Below, one piece after another: positions 44,546 to 53,584 of a stretch of 64,000 bases of DNA. The notes below the pieces were generated by a model. The model saw nothing but the letters and a program-made list of their open reading frames with translations. It had not been told where the DNA came from and did not search any database. Position 1 is the first letter of the stretch; each line of letters opens with the position of its first letter. A program made the position numbers and the translations under genes. This DNA is from Bacillota bacterium (GTDB lineage Bacteria; Bacillota; Desulfitobacteriia; Desulfitobacteriales; JAJXUE01), in the NCBI GenBank assembly GCA_021811155.1, contig JAJZPO010000001.1:1683-65682 (forward strand), written 5' to 3'.

Positions 44546-45762
44546 ATAAACTCAATTATCAGAAAATATTTCTCCTGGGGTTCGGCTTTTTCGCGGTGAG
44601 CATCACCTGGTCCGTCTACAATGCTTTTATGCCGAAAATACTGAGCAACTTTATTCATAGCGCCACCCTTATCGGGTTTATTATGACTATCGACAATTAC
44701 CTGGCGCTCTTCATTCAGCCGGCTGTCGGTCTGAAAAGCGACAAAATCTCGACCCGGTTCGGCAAGAGAATGCCGTTTATTATGGTGGGTATGCCTTTGG
44801 CCACCCTCTTTTTGGTTCTGTTGGCCAATTACCACAACCTGGCGACTTTACTGGTCTTCCTCGTGCTGATGAATCTCTCCATGAGCGTTTTCCGCTCGCC
44901 CGTTATCGCTTTGATGCCTGATTTGACGTACAGCGAACATAGGAGCAAGGCGAACAGCGTCATTAACCTGATGGGCGGGATCGGTGCGGTGATCGCCTAC
45001 TTTGCAGGCTCGCTGCTATGGGACAAGAGTCAGAAGTACCCGTTTTATCTGGCGGCGGCGCTGATGGCCGTGTCTTTTTTCGTCCTCTATACCTTTATCA
45101 AGGAAAAACGGGACGTAACCGGCTATGAATCGAGCTCAGGGCGGGTGAAGATTGGGCTGCTGGAAGGGCTGCGAGCCAGCGGCAATGCCAAAAACGTCAT
45201 CTACTTGCTGCTGGCCATTTGTACCTGGTTTATAGGCTACCAGGGGGTGGAAGCTTTTCTCACGTTATACGGCGTGAATCTCCTTGGCCTGAAGACAAGT
45301 GTGGCTGCTATGTCTTTTACCTTTATCTCCCTCTCATTTTTGCTTTTTGCTTTCCCCGCCGGGATCATGGGCGCCAAGTTCGGTAAGAAAAAGACGATCA
45401 TCGCCGGCGTGGCGGGGATCATTATCAGTTTCGCAGTCCTGGCCTTGCTCCGGAACCTGTTGGCGGTGCGGGCCGTGCTGGTCGTGACCGGGTTTTTCTG
45501 GGCGCTGATCAACATCAATTCCTACCCATTTGTGGCTGATATGGCGCCCGAGGGTCAGACCGGAGTTTACACAGGGCTGTACTATCTGGCATCCTCGGTG
45601 GCGGCCATAGTTTCCCCGCCGTTATTAGGTGCGTTGATTGACACTGCGGGTTACGCTTATATGTTCGCTTATGCCTCGGTCTGCTTTGTTTTGGCCCTTG
45701 TGTTTATCCTTAAGGTCAAGGAAGTCAAACCCGGTAACGTTGTGAATCGGACAGTTCTTTGA
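44542..45762 (+). CDS. MFS transporter
   Basis: 406 aa, 12 predicted TM helices. ATGA start/stop overlap with glpQ. Confidence 0.8.
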   Translation: MNKLNYQKIFLLGFGFFAVSITWSVYNAFMPKILSNFIHSATLIGFIMTIDNYLALFIQPAVGLKSDKISTRFGKRMPFIMVGMPLATLFLVLLANYHNLATLLVFLVLMNLSMSVFRSPVIALMPDLTYSEHRSKANSVINLMGGIGAVIAYFAGSLLWDKSQKYPFYLAAALMAVSFFVLYTFIKEKRDVTGYESSSGRVKIGLLEGLRASGNAKNVIYLLLAICTWFIGYQGVEAFLTLYGVNLLGLKTSVAAMSFTFISLSFLLFAFPAGIMGAKFGKKKTIIAGVAGIIISFAVLALLRNLLAVRAVLVVTGFFWALININSYPFVADMAPEGQTGVYTGLYYLASSVAAIVSPPLLGALIDTAGYAYMFAYASVCFVLALVFILKVKEVKPGNVVNRTVL

Positions 45763-45790
45763 CGGGGTAACCCTTAAGTTCAAGGAAGAG
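45759..45790 (+). repeat. 32-nt duplicate of an internal clpX segment (31/32 identical to 43477-43508)
   Basis: TTGACGGGGTAACCCTTAAGTTCAAGGAAGAG versus the clpX sequence TTGACGGGGTAACCCTTGAGTTCAAGGAAGAG. This copy contains the MFS stop codon. Confidence 0.85.
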
Positions 45791-45795
45791 ACAGA

Positions 45796-45830
45796 GTGAG
45801 TCAGTTGGGGACGGTTCTTGGTTGACTCAC
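45796..45830 (+). repeat. Conserved-core hairpin repeat (GTGAGTCA-stem type)
   Basis: GTGAGTCA...TGACTCAC encloses GGGGACGGTTCT (45807-45818). Twin copy at 50464-50498. Confidence 0.85.
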
Positions 45831-45838
45831 TTTCCGTG

Positions 45839-45905
45839 GGATAAAGGGGACGGTTCTGTTTGTCCTATCCACTAGGACCAACAGAACCGTCCCCTTTATC
45901 CTAGC
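45839..45905. repeat. Inverted pair of conserved-core repeats forming a ~30-bp-arm hairpin
   Basis: GGATAAAGGGGACGGTTCTGTTTGTCCTA (45839-45868) and its near reverse complement CTAGGACCAACAGAACCGTCCCCTTTATCCTAGC (45872-45905). Confidence 0.85.
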
Positions 45906-45999
45906 TTAGTTTTTTAGGCGGGAGGATAAATGGCGGAGGGCTGGCAATACTAGTAGGTGTTGGATTTATACTGCCTGTTTACCCGGAAAGGAGCGTACC

Positions 46000-47700
46000 A
46001 TGGGGGATATGAGTTTTGCGGCCGGTTTGGGCGGCCTGATAGGATTTATTCAGATATTTTTTGCCATTGTCATCGGCCTGTACTTCTGGAATCTGTTGAA
46101 AAGCCAGCAGGGTAATAAGGTTGCGGTGGAAAAGGAATCCCGCAAAGAGTTGGAAAAGCTGCAGAAGATGCGCAAAATATCTCTGACAGAACCACTGGCG
46201 GAAAAAACCCGGCCGTCAACTTTTGATGAGATTATCGGTCAAAATGAGGGTATCAAGGCTCTGCGGGCAGCCTTGTGCGGCCCCAATCCCCAGCACGTGA
46301 TAATTTACGGGCAGCCTGGGGTGGGCAAGACCGCCGCGGCACGCCTGGTGCTGGAGGAGGCCAAGCGCAATCCCATGTCCCCTTTCAAGGAGGACGCAAA
46401 ATTCATCGAAATAGACGGAGCTACAGCCCGGTTTGACGAGCGGGGCATCGCCGACCCGCTCATAGGTTCGGTCCACGACCCGATTTATCAGGGAGCAGGC
46501 CCCTTGGGCATGGCCGGAATTCCCCAGCCAAAGCCCGGGGCTGTGACCAAGGCCCACGGGGGAATGCTCTTTATCGATGAAATCGGGGAACTGCACCCGA
46601 TTCAAATCAACAAGCTCTTAAAGGTGCTGGAAGACCGCAGGGTAATTCTCGAGAGCGCCTATTACAGTTCGGAAGACCACAATATTCCTTCCCACATCCA
46701 TGATATTTTCCAGAACGGCCTGCCGGCGGACTTCCGCCTGGTGGGGGCGACAACCCGCATGCCGGATGAAATCCCGCCGGCCGTGCGTTCGCGCTGCCTG
46801 GAGGTTTTCTTCCGCTCCCTTAATCCGGAGGAAGTAGCTATCATTGCCGCCAACGCCGCTCGTAAGGTAAACCTGGAGCTTGAGGAAAAAGCCCTGGAGG
46901 TTCTGAAACGCTATGCCACCAACGGGCGGGAAGCGGTGAATATCATTCAGATTGCGGCGGGTATTGCCTTGGGAGACGGGTCCCAGGTCATCCGCACCCA
47001 GGATATCGAATGGGTGGTTAATTCAGGCCAGTATACCCCCCGCATGGAAAAGAAGGTGCCGCAGCAGCCCCAGGTCGGGTTGGTTAACGGTCTGGCTGTT
47101 TACGGCCCGAACATGGGGACTTTGATTGAGCTGGAAACGGGTATAATTCCGGCCAAAAAGGGCAAGGGTGAGCTGAAGGTAACCGGTATCGTGGAAGAAG
47201 AGGAACAGGGCGGGCGGGACGGAAAAACCATCCGCCGCAAGTCCATGGTCAAAGGGTCGGTGGAAAATGTGCTGACGGTACTGCGCCGTCACTTGGACGT
47301 GGAGCCTGCGAATTATGACATCCACCTCAATTTCCCGGGCGGGGTGCCCATCGACGGGCCGTCCGCCGGGGTGACCATCGCCACAGCCGTGTTCTCCGCT
47401 ATCAAAAACATCCCGGTGGATAACCGGGTGGCCATGACCGGAGAGGTCTCGATCCGGGGCCAGGTAAAGCCCATCGGTGGGGTTGTGGCCAAGGTGGAGG
47501 CCGCCAAACGGGCGGGCTGCCGCAAAGTAATTATTCCCAAAGAAAACTGGCAGGAAATTTTCACTGAGATGACCGGGATTGAAATCATCCCGGTTGAAAC
47601 CCTGCAGGAAGTGATAAAGCACGCCCTTGTACGGGAAGTCCCGGGCAAGCAGCAGGAGCTTCTGCCGGGATTTGACCTCTTGAGCGCTTCCCATATGTAA
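46000..47700 (+). CDS. lonB: Sporulation-type ATP-dependent protease LonB
   Basis: N-terminal TM helix, AAA+ Walker A GQPGVGKT, C-terminal Lon protease domain (DGPSAGV with catalytic Ser; GGVVAKVEAAKRAG). Positioned between clpX and lon as in Bacillus. Confidence 0.88.
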   Translation: MGDMSFAAGLGGLIGFIQIFFAIVIGLYFWNLLKSQQGNKVAVEKESRKELEKLQKMRKISLTEPLAEKTRPSTFDEIIGQNEGIKALRAALCGPNPQHVIIYGQPGVGKTAAARLVLEEAKRNPMSPFKEDAKFIEIDGATARFDERGIADPLIGSVHDPIYQGAGPLGMAGIPQPKPGAVTKAHGGMLFIDEIGELHPIQINKLLKVLEDRRVILESAYYSSEDHNIPSHIHDIFQNGLPADFRLVGATTRMPDEIPPAVRSRCLEVFFRSLNPEEVAIIAANAARKVNLELEEKALEVLKRYATNGREAVNIIQIAAGIALGDGSQVIRTQDIEWVVNSGQYTPRMEKKVPQQPQVGLVNGLAVYGPNMGTLIELETGIIPAKKGKGELKVTGIVEEEEQGGRDGKTIRRKSMVKGSVENVLTVLRRHLDVEPANYDIHLNFPGGVPIDGPSAGVTIATAVFSAIKNIPVDNRVAMTGEVSIRGQVKPIGGVVAKVEAAKRAGCRKVIIPKENWQEIFTEMTGIEIIPVETLQEVIKHALVREVPGKQQELLPGFDLLSASHM

Positions 47701-47706
47701 GCAAAA

Positions 47707-47736
47707 CCGGGGCAAATGGCCCCGGCCTTTCTTTTT
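47707..47736 (+). terminator. Rho-independent terminator after lonB
   Basis: CCGGGGC, loop AAATG, GCCCCGG stem, followed by CCTTTCTTTTTG. Confidence 0.7.
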
Positions 47737-47760
47737 GTCCTGGTGACGCATGCTAAAACG

Positions 47761-47822
47761 ATTCTGAATTCCGACCTTGAATTGAGCCCATGAGCCGATT
47801 TCTGAATTCTGAGTTCCGACCC
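47761..47822 (-). repeat. Two reverse-orientation heptamer arrays
   Basis: ATTCTGAATTCCGACC (47761-47776) and GATTTCTGAATTCTGAGTTCCGACCC (47797-47822). Their reverse complements read GGTCGGAATTCAGAAT and GGGTCGGAACTCAGAATTCAGAAATC. Confidence 0.8.
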
Positions 47823-47970
47823 TTAAGTACAGCCTAAAAGTTTTGGTATACCCCCCGGGGGTTTTTGCCGAAGTGGGGTGGCGGGCCGCGGTAAATTATG
47901 CTAGAATATATTTACATCGGTTTTTGCAAACTAAGGGATGGATTTGTTTCAACCCTTGGAGGTGGAAAGT

Positions 47971-50382
47971 ATGCTTGAAGAGAGCAAACCCTTGGTACTG
48001 CGACAGCTGCCCCTTCTACCCCTCAGAGGGCTTTTAGTTTTTCCTTATATGGTAATCCACCTGGATGTGGGCAGGGACAAGTCGATTAAGGCGATTGAAG
48101 AGGCCATGATTCAGGAGCGGTCCATCTTTTTGGCTACCCAGCGGGATGCCAGCGTCGAGGAGCCGGGCGAGGCTGATATTTACAACATTGGCACCGTGGC
48201 CGAGATTAAGCAGCTCCTGAAGCTTCCCGGCGGCACTATCCGCGTTTTGGTGGAAGGCATTGCCAGGGCCAGAGTGGAAAATTTTCTCAGCTACGAACCC
48301 TATATGAAGGTTCTGGTACAGGAATACGAGGAAGAACAGAGGCGGACACCGGAGGTGGAAGCGCTTACCCGCAGCCTGACCAACCAGTTTGAACAGTATG
48401 TGAAGGTGAGCAAGAAGATTCCGCCGGAAACTGTCGGCACTGTTTTGGCGGTGGAAGATCCGGGGCGCCTGGCTGATATTGTAGCATCCCATTTGAGCCT
48501 GAAGGTGGAGGATAAGCAGCTAATCCTGGAGGCAATCGGCCTTGCCAAACGGCTGGAGACGATTTGCGAGATTCTGGCCCGGGAAATGGAAATCCTGGAA
48601 CTGGAGCGCAAAATCAGTATCCGGGTGCGCAAGCAGATGGAAAAGACCCAAAAAGAATATTACCTGCGTGAGCAGATGAAGGCAATTCAAAAGGAACTGG
48701 GCGAGAAGGACGAACGCCAGGCCGAGGCTGAGGAATTCAGGGAAAAAATCGCCAAGGCCAAATTCCCCAAGGATGTGGAAGAGAAAGCCCTGAAGGAAGT
48801 GGAACGGCTGGAGAAAATGCCTCCCATGGTGGCGGAGGCTACGGTCGTACGCAACTACCTGGAATGGCTCCTGGCTTTGCCCTGGCATAAAACCACCCGG
48901 GACAGGATTAACATCAAACTGGCTGAGGAAATTCTGGATGAAGACCATTACGGGCTGGAAAAGGTTAAGGAAAGAATTATCGAATACCTGGCTATCCGCA
49001 AACTGGCCAACAAAATGAAGGGGCCGATAATCTGCTTTGTGGGCCCGCCTGGGGTCGGCAAAACTTCCCTGGCCAAGTCCATTGCCCGGGCCCTGGAACG
49101 CAAATTTATCCGGATGTCTCTCGGCGGCGTTAGGGATGAGGCAGAGATACGCGGTCATCGCCGCACTTATGTGGGAGCCCTGCCCGGTAGGATAATTCAG
49201 GGTATGCGCCAGGCCGGCACCAAAAACCCGGTTTTTCTCCTGGATGAGATTGACAAGATGAGTTCTGATTTTCGGGGAGACCCGGCTTCCGCCCTTCTGG
49301 AAGTGCTGGACCCGGAACAAAACTGCAACTTCAGCGACCATTTCATTGAGGCTACCTTTGATTTGTCCAGCGTGATGTTCATCACTACGGCTAATACCCT
49401 GCACACGGTGCCGCGGCCTCTTCTGGACCGGATGGAGGTAATCCGCATCGCGGGCTATACGGAAGAGGAAAAGGTCAAGATTGCGGAGAAATACCTCCTG
49501 CCCAAGCAGATCAAAAACCACGGCCTGAAAGCAGAACAGTTGGAGGTACCGGAAGCGACCCTTCTACGCCTGGTCAGGGAATACACGCGGGAGTCGGGGG
49601 TGCGCAACCTGGAGCGTGAAATCGCCAACCTGTGCCGTAAGACCGCTGCCAGGGTGGTTAAGAAACATGTCAAGTTCCTGAAGATTGAGCCGGAGACCCT
49701 GCCCGATTTCCTGGGGGTACCCAGGTTCCGCTTCGGTGTTGCCGCCAAGGCTCCGGAAGTGGGTTCCGCCACAGGCCTGGCCTGGACCGAGGTGGGCGGG
49801 GATGTGTTAAGCATTGAAGTTACGGTCTTTCCGGGTAATGGCAAGCTGACTCTTACCGGGCAGCTGGGGGATGTGATGAAGGAATCAGCCCAGGCCGGTT
49901 ACAGTTATATCCGTTCGGTGGCCAAGAGCCTGGAGATTCCGGAAGACTTTTATCAGAAGATGGATGTGCACATCCACGTGCCCGAGGGGGCTATCCCCAA
50001 GGACGGGCCCTCGGCAGGTATTACCATGGCCACTGCTTTGGCTTCCGCATTGTCTTACCGGGCGGTGCGCAGCGACCTGGCCATGACCGGAGAGATTACC
50101 TTAAGGGGCAAAGTCCTGCCTGTGGGCGGTATCAAGGAAAAAGTGCTGGCCGCGCGAAGGGCCGGTGTCACAACTATCATTCTGTGTGAGGAAAACAGGA
50201 AGGACCTGGAGGAAGTGCCGCCTGACGTGCGGCAGGATTTGAAGTTCGTCTTCGTGGAGCATATGGATGAAGTTCTGGCCAACGCCCTGGTGCCCGCGGT
50301 AAAGGAATATAAGTCTGAGTATAGCGAGGTGCCGCTGCACCTGGAGGGGATAACGACGATCCAGCCTACGGTAGACCTGTAA
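47971..50382 (+). CDS. lon: ATP-dependent protease Lon (LonA)
   Basis: [27 protein letters not shown]-domain, Walker [10 protein letters not shown], protease domain [22 protein letters not shown] then ATG 47971. Confidence 0.95.
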   Translation: MLEESKPLVLRQLPLLPLRGLLVFPYMVIHLDVGRDKSIKAIEEAMIQERSIFLATQRDASVEEPGEADIYNIGTVAEIKQLLKLPGGTIRVLVEGIARARVENFLSYEPYMKVLVQEYEEEQRRTPEVEALTRSLTNQFEQYVKVSKKIPPETVGTVLAVEDPGRLADIVASHLSLKVEDKQLILEAIGLAKRLETICEILAREMEILELERKISIRVRKQMEKTQKEYYLREQMKAIQKELGEKDERQAEAEEFREKIAKAKFPKDVEEKALKEVERLEKMPPMVAEATVVRNYLEWLLALPWHKTTRDRINIKLAEEILDEDHYGLEKVKERIIEYLAIRKLANKMKGPIICFVGPPGVGKTSLAKSIARALERKFIRMSLGGVRDEAEIRGHRRTYVGALPGRIIQGMRQAGTKNPVFLLDEIDKMSSDFRGDPASALLEVLDPEQNCNFSDHFIEATFDLSSVMFITTANTLHTVPRPLLDRMEVIRIAGYTEEEKVKIAEKYLLPKQIKNHGLKAEQLEVPEATLLRLVREYTRESGVRNLEREIANLCRKTAARVVKKHVKFLKIEPETLPDFLGVPRFRFGVAAKAPEVGSATGLAWTEVGGDVLSIEVTVFPGNGKLTLTGQLGDVMKESAQAGYSYIRSVAKSLEIPEDFYQKMDVHIHVPEGAIPKDGPSAGITMATALASALSYRAVRSDLAMTGEITLRGKVLPVGGIKEKVLAARRAGVTTIILCEENRKDLEEVPPDVRQDLKFVFVEHMDEVLANALVPAVKEYKSEYSEVPLHLEGITTIQPTVDL

Positions 50383-50395
50383 GGGAGGCTTATGG

Positions 50396-50427
50396 GTTGG
50401 ACTTCTGGGTCGGAATACAGAATGGGT
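50396..50427 (+). repeat. Degenerate heptamer array (GGTTGGACTTCTGGGTCGGAATACAGAATGGG)
   Basis: Lies 14 nt after the lon stop. Same ...TCGGAAT.CAGAATGGG ending as 7266-7291. Confidence 0.7.
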
Positions 50428-50432
50428 TGAGT

Positions 50433-50586
50433 AGGACACCGGGGACGGTTCTCGTTGTCCTAGTGAGTCAGTTGGGGACGGTTCTTGATTGACTCACTTT
50501 TGTCAGAGTCACTTGGGGATGGCGATTGGTTGACTCCCCCTTTGTGTCAGACGTGAGAGTGTCAGAGGGACTGTCCCCGTGACACC
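50433..50586 (+). repeat. Four concatenated hairpin repeats of different stem types
   Basis: TAGGACA..TGTCCTA (50433-50463, core at 50442); GTGAGTCA..TGACTCAC (50464-50498, core at 50475); GAGTCA..TGACTC with degenerate core GGGGATGGCGAT (50507-50537); GTGTCAGAGGGACTGTCCCCGTGACAC (50560-50586). Confidence 0.85.
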
Positions 50587-50609
50587 CTGAAAAGGCTGGT
50601 AATTACGGT

Positions 50610-51221
50610 ATGAAGATTAGTTCCAGTGAATTTGTCATCAGCGCGGTTGGGCCTAAACAGTACCCGGCAACCGGCCTGCCGGAGGTGGCTCTGGTGGGCC
50701 GCTCCAATGTAGGGAAGTCCTCGCTGATCAACTGCTTTGTGAACAGGCGTAATTTTGCCCGCACCAGTTCCAGACCTGGCAAGACGGGGACCTTAAATTA
50801 CTACCTTATCAACAATGCCTGGTATTTCGTTGATTTGCCAGGCTATGGTTTTGCCCAGGTCTCAAGGGAAACCAAGGCTCAATGGGCAAAAATGATTGAA
50901 GGATACCTGCAAAACCGTCAGGAGCTCCGGGCGGTAATTCAACTTGTGGATATCCGTCATCCTCCCTCGGAAGATGACCGTACAATGTACGACTGGTTGC
51001 TGAACAGGGGGATTCCTGTTCTGATTGTTGCTACCAAGGCGGACAAGATTTCGCGGGGCCAGACGGTCAGGCAGCTGCAGCAGATCAAACAGGCGCTGGA
51101 CTTGCCCGGCACGGATGTAATTCTGCCCTTTTCCGCCGAAACGGCCCTGGGGCGGGAAGAGCTGCACAGCCTGGTGGCTGAGATTACCGTGACGGAAGTT
51201 CCGGGTGAACCGACTGTATGA
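50610..51221 (+). CDS. engB: Ribosome-biogenesis GTPase EngB/YsxC/YihA
   Basis: GRSNVGKSSLIN G1 motif, DLPGYG G3 motif, TKADK G4 motif. Located downstream of lon as in Bacillus. Confidence 0.92.
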   Translation: MKISSSEFVISAVGPKQYPATGLPEVALVGRSNVGKSSLINCFVNRRNFARTSSRPGKTGTLNYYLINNAWYFVDLPGYGFAQVSRETKAQWAKMIEGYLQNRQELRAVIQLVDIRHPPSEDDRTMYDWLLNRGIPVLIVATKADKISRGQTVRQLQQIKQALDLPGTDVILPFSAETALGREELHSLVAEITVTEVPGEPTV

Positions 51222-51281
51222 GGCAGCGAAGCATATATTAAAACGAAGAGACTGTATCTGCCAGAATTGTAGGGGGAAATA

Positions 51282-52280
51282 ATGAGAGACATAGCTTATC
51301 TGTTGGTCAGCCTGGGTGTGATCCTGCTGGGAGCGGAGGCTTTTACCAACGGAGTGGAGTGGCTCGGCAAAAGGCTGGGACTGGGTGCGGGTGCTGTAGG
51401 GAGTATCCTGGCAGCTGTAGGCACTGCACTGCCGGAAACCATGGTGCCTGTTATCGCCATCGTCTTTGGAGGGGGGAACGTCCACGCCAGCGAAGTCGGC
51501 ATCGGCGCCATTCTCGGCGCCCCCTTTATGCTGGCGACCCTGGCCTTTTTTGTCTCGGGCGTGGCCGCGGTACTGACCCGTGTTGGGGGCAGGCGGCGCA
51601 AGTTCATGATTGTGGACAAATCTATTATTGAGCGGGACCTGCGCTTTTTCCTGATTTCGTATACTGTGGCAATTCTGGTGTCCTTTTACCCCGCCCATTG
51701 GGTGAAGACCATAGTGGCCCTGTTTTTGCTGGCTGCCTATGGGTTTTATGCCTTCCAGACAGTGCGGGATGGCAGGGGTGTGGATGAAGGGGATATTTCT
51801 GCCCTGTACCTGGCCCCCAGGTCCCATGCGCCGGGGACAGCCATAATCCTGGTGCAGGTCTTGGGCGCCCTTCTTTTGATTGTAGCCGGGGCCAGGACCT
51901 TTGTCAGCGCGGTGGAGAATATTTCCCTGGCTTACGGGATACCTCCTTTTGTGCTGTCCTTGATCATCACGCCGGTGGCCACGGAACTGCCGGAAAAGTT
52001 CAACAGCGTCATCTGGATCCGGCAGGGCAAGGATACCCTTGCTATGGGTAATATTACCGGCGCTATGGTATTTCAAAGCTCAATTATCCCGGCTATCGGA
52101 ATCATGCTGACGCCGTGGACCCTGGAACCGCTGGCCTTGGTCAGCGCGGGTCTGGCCCTGCTGGCTGCTGCCGTTCCCTTCTGGTTTGTGCGCACCCGGG
52201 GAAGGATCAGGCCGGTCGAGCTTCTCCTGGGGGGAGTTGTCTACCTGGTGTTTGTGTTTATGGTCTTTTGGATGCATTAG
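51282..52280 (+). CDS. Sodium/calcium exchanger (CaCA family) membrane protein
   Basis: Two alpha-repeat signatures (GTALPETMV and ATELPEKFNS...GNITGAMVFQSSI), about 10 TM helices. Confidence 0.8.
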   Translation: MRDIAYLLVSLGVILLGAEAFTNGVEWLGKRLGLGAGAVGSILAAVGTALPETMVPVIAIVFGGGNVHASEVGIGAILGAPFMLATLAFFVSGVAAVLTRVGGRRRKFMIVDKSIIERDLRFFLISYTVAILVSFYPAHWVKTIVALFLLAAYGFYAFQTVRDGRGVDEGDISALYLAPRSHAPGTAIILVQVLGALLLIVAGARTFVSAVENISLAYGIPPFVLSLIITPVATELPEKFNSVIWIRQGKDTLAMGNITGAMVFQSSIIPAIGIMLTPWTLEPLALVSAGLALLAAAVPFWFVRTRGRIRPVELLLGGVVYLVFVFMVFWMH

Positions 52281-52320
52281 AGACAAAAACCGGTACCGGG
52301 TGCCTAATGAGAACTTTTTT

Positions 52321-52348
52321 GAGGAAGCCTGCGGGCTTCCTCTTTTCC
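52321..52348 (+). terminator. Rho-independent terminator
   Basis: GAGGAAGCC, loop TGCG, GGCTTCCTC (9-bp perfect stem), followed by TTTTCC. Confidence 0.75.
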
Positions 52349-52471
52349 GTTGCAATGCCAATGCCTGCTTCGGGATACTCTTGACAGAGACATCCTGCGC
52401 CAACGAAGACTGTTCTGCAAAGAAAAATTTTAGATAATAGCAGGAATTTCGAAAGTTGCGTCAAATTAAGT

Positions 52472-52499
52472 ATCTAAACGTTTAGCTAAACGTTTAGAT
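52472..52499. promoter_or_regulatory. 28-bp perfect palindrome: tandem LacI-family operator (AT-CTAAACGTTTAG-CTAAACGTTTAG-AT)
   Basis: The sequence equals its own reverse complement. Each 12-mer has the AAACGTTT core typical of LacI/CcpA-type operators. Lies 55 nt upstream of the LacI-family gene. Confidence 0.7.
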
Positions 52500-52553
52500 G
52501 AGAGTGAAGCTGAATGTCCATAAGATCGATGCTTGTGATAGTGAGGTGGTTTG

Positions 52554-53564
52554 ATGGCAACCATGCGAGAAGTTGCCCAATTAGCGCGAGTGTCTGTAGC
52601 CACGGTTTCTGCAGTCATCAACAATTCCACGTTTGTCAGTGATGAACTGAAAGAAAGAGTGATCCAGGCTATTCAGGAACTTGACTACAGGCCGAATGCG
52701 CTGGCCCGCAGTTTGAAAAGCAGCCGGACTAGGTTGCTGGGCTTTATGTTGAGCAATATCACCAACCCCTTTTATCCGGAAATAGTTCTTGGAGCCGAGG
52801 ATGTTGCCAGAAAGGAGGGCTACAACATTTTTGTCTGTACTACGGATGATGATGAAGAGCGTGCACAGACGTATTTGGATTCAATGCTGGAACATCGGGT
52901 TGACGGCATGCTGGTTGGTACAGTGGATGAACTCAGCGACCCGACACTGCGCAAACTTAAAGCGGCCCAGGTACCGCTCGTCCTGGTAAACCGTTGGCCG
53001 GAAGGGTATAAGGGCAATACGGTAGTCCTCGACAATATTGCGGCCGGAATCTTAGCTACGAATCATCTGCTGTCTTTGGGTTACCGGGAAATTGCTTTTG
53101 TCGGAGCCTCACGAAAAATAATGACCAGCCGTCAGCGCGAAGACGGTTACCGGCAGGCGATGAAACTTGCAGGTATACCTGTGCCGGAACACTTTGTGCG
53201 GTACTGCGATTATTCAGAAGAGCGAGCTTATGAAGAGTTCAGGCGCATGGCTAAAACCGGTAGGGTACCGCGGGCGGTTTTTGCGGGAAATGACCTTATG
53301 GCTTTCGGCATTATCAGAGCTTTTTTGGATGAAGGGTTTAAGATTCCTGAGGATGTGGCTGTAGTTGGCTGCGACGACATCGCCTTTAGCAGCAAATTCT
53401 TTATTCCTCTAACAACGGTGCATTTCCACAAATATGAAATGGGGAAACTTAGCGCCGAACTCCTTATCAAGGCCATTAACAGTCCAGACAGTGAGGATTC
53501 GCAGAGCGATTTCATACAACTTAAACCGCACTTGGTTGTACGGAAAAGTTGCGGAGCAAATTGA
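52554..53564 (+). CDS. LacI-family transcriptional regulator
   Basis: MATMREVAQLARVSVATVSAVINN HTH and a periplasmic-binding-protein-like effector domain. SD GAGGTGG then ATG 52554 (TTG 52551 is also possible). Confidence 0.9.
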   Translation: MATMREVAQLARVSVATVSAVINNSTFVSDELKERVIQAIQELDYRPNALARSLKSSRTRLLGFMLSNITNPFYPEIVLGAEDVARKEGYNIFVCTTDDDEERAQTYLDSMLEHRVDGMLVGTVDELSDPTLRKLKAAQVPLVLVNRWPEGYKGNTVVLDNIAAGILATNHLLSLGYREIAFVGASRKIMTSRQREDGYRQAMKLAGIPVPEHFVRYCDYSEERAYEEFRRMAKTGRVPRAVFAGNDLMAFGIIRAFLDEGFKIPEDVAVVGCDDIAFSSKFFIPLTTVHFHKYEMGKLSAELLIKAINSPDSEDSQSDFIQLKPHLVVRKSCGAN

Positions 53565-53584
53565 ATTTTCTGGGGGGATGGAAA

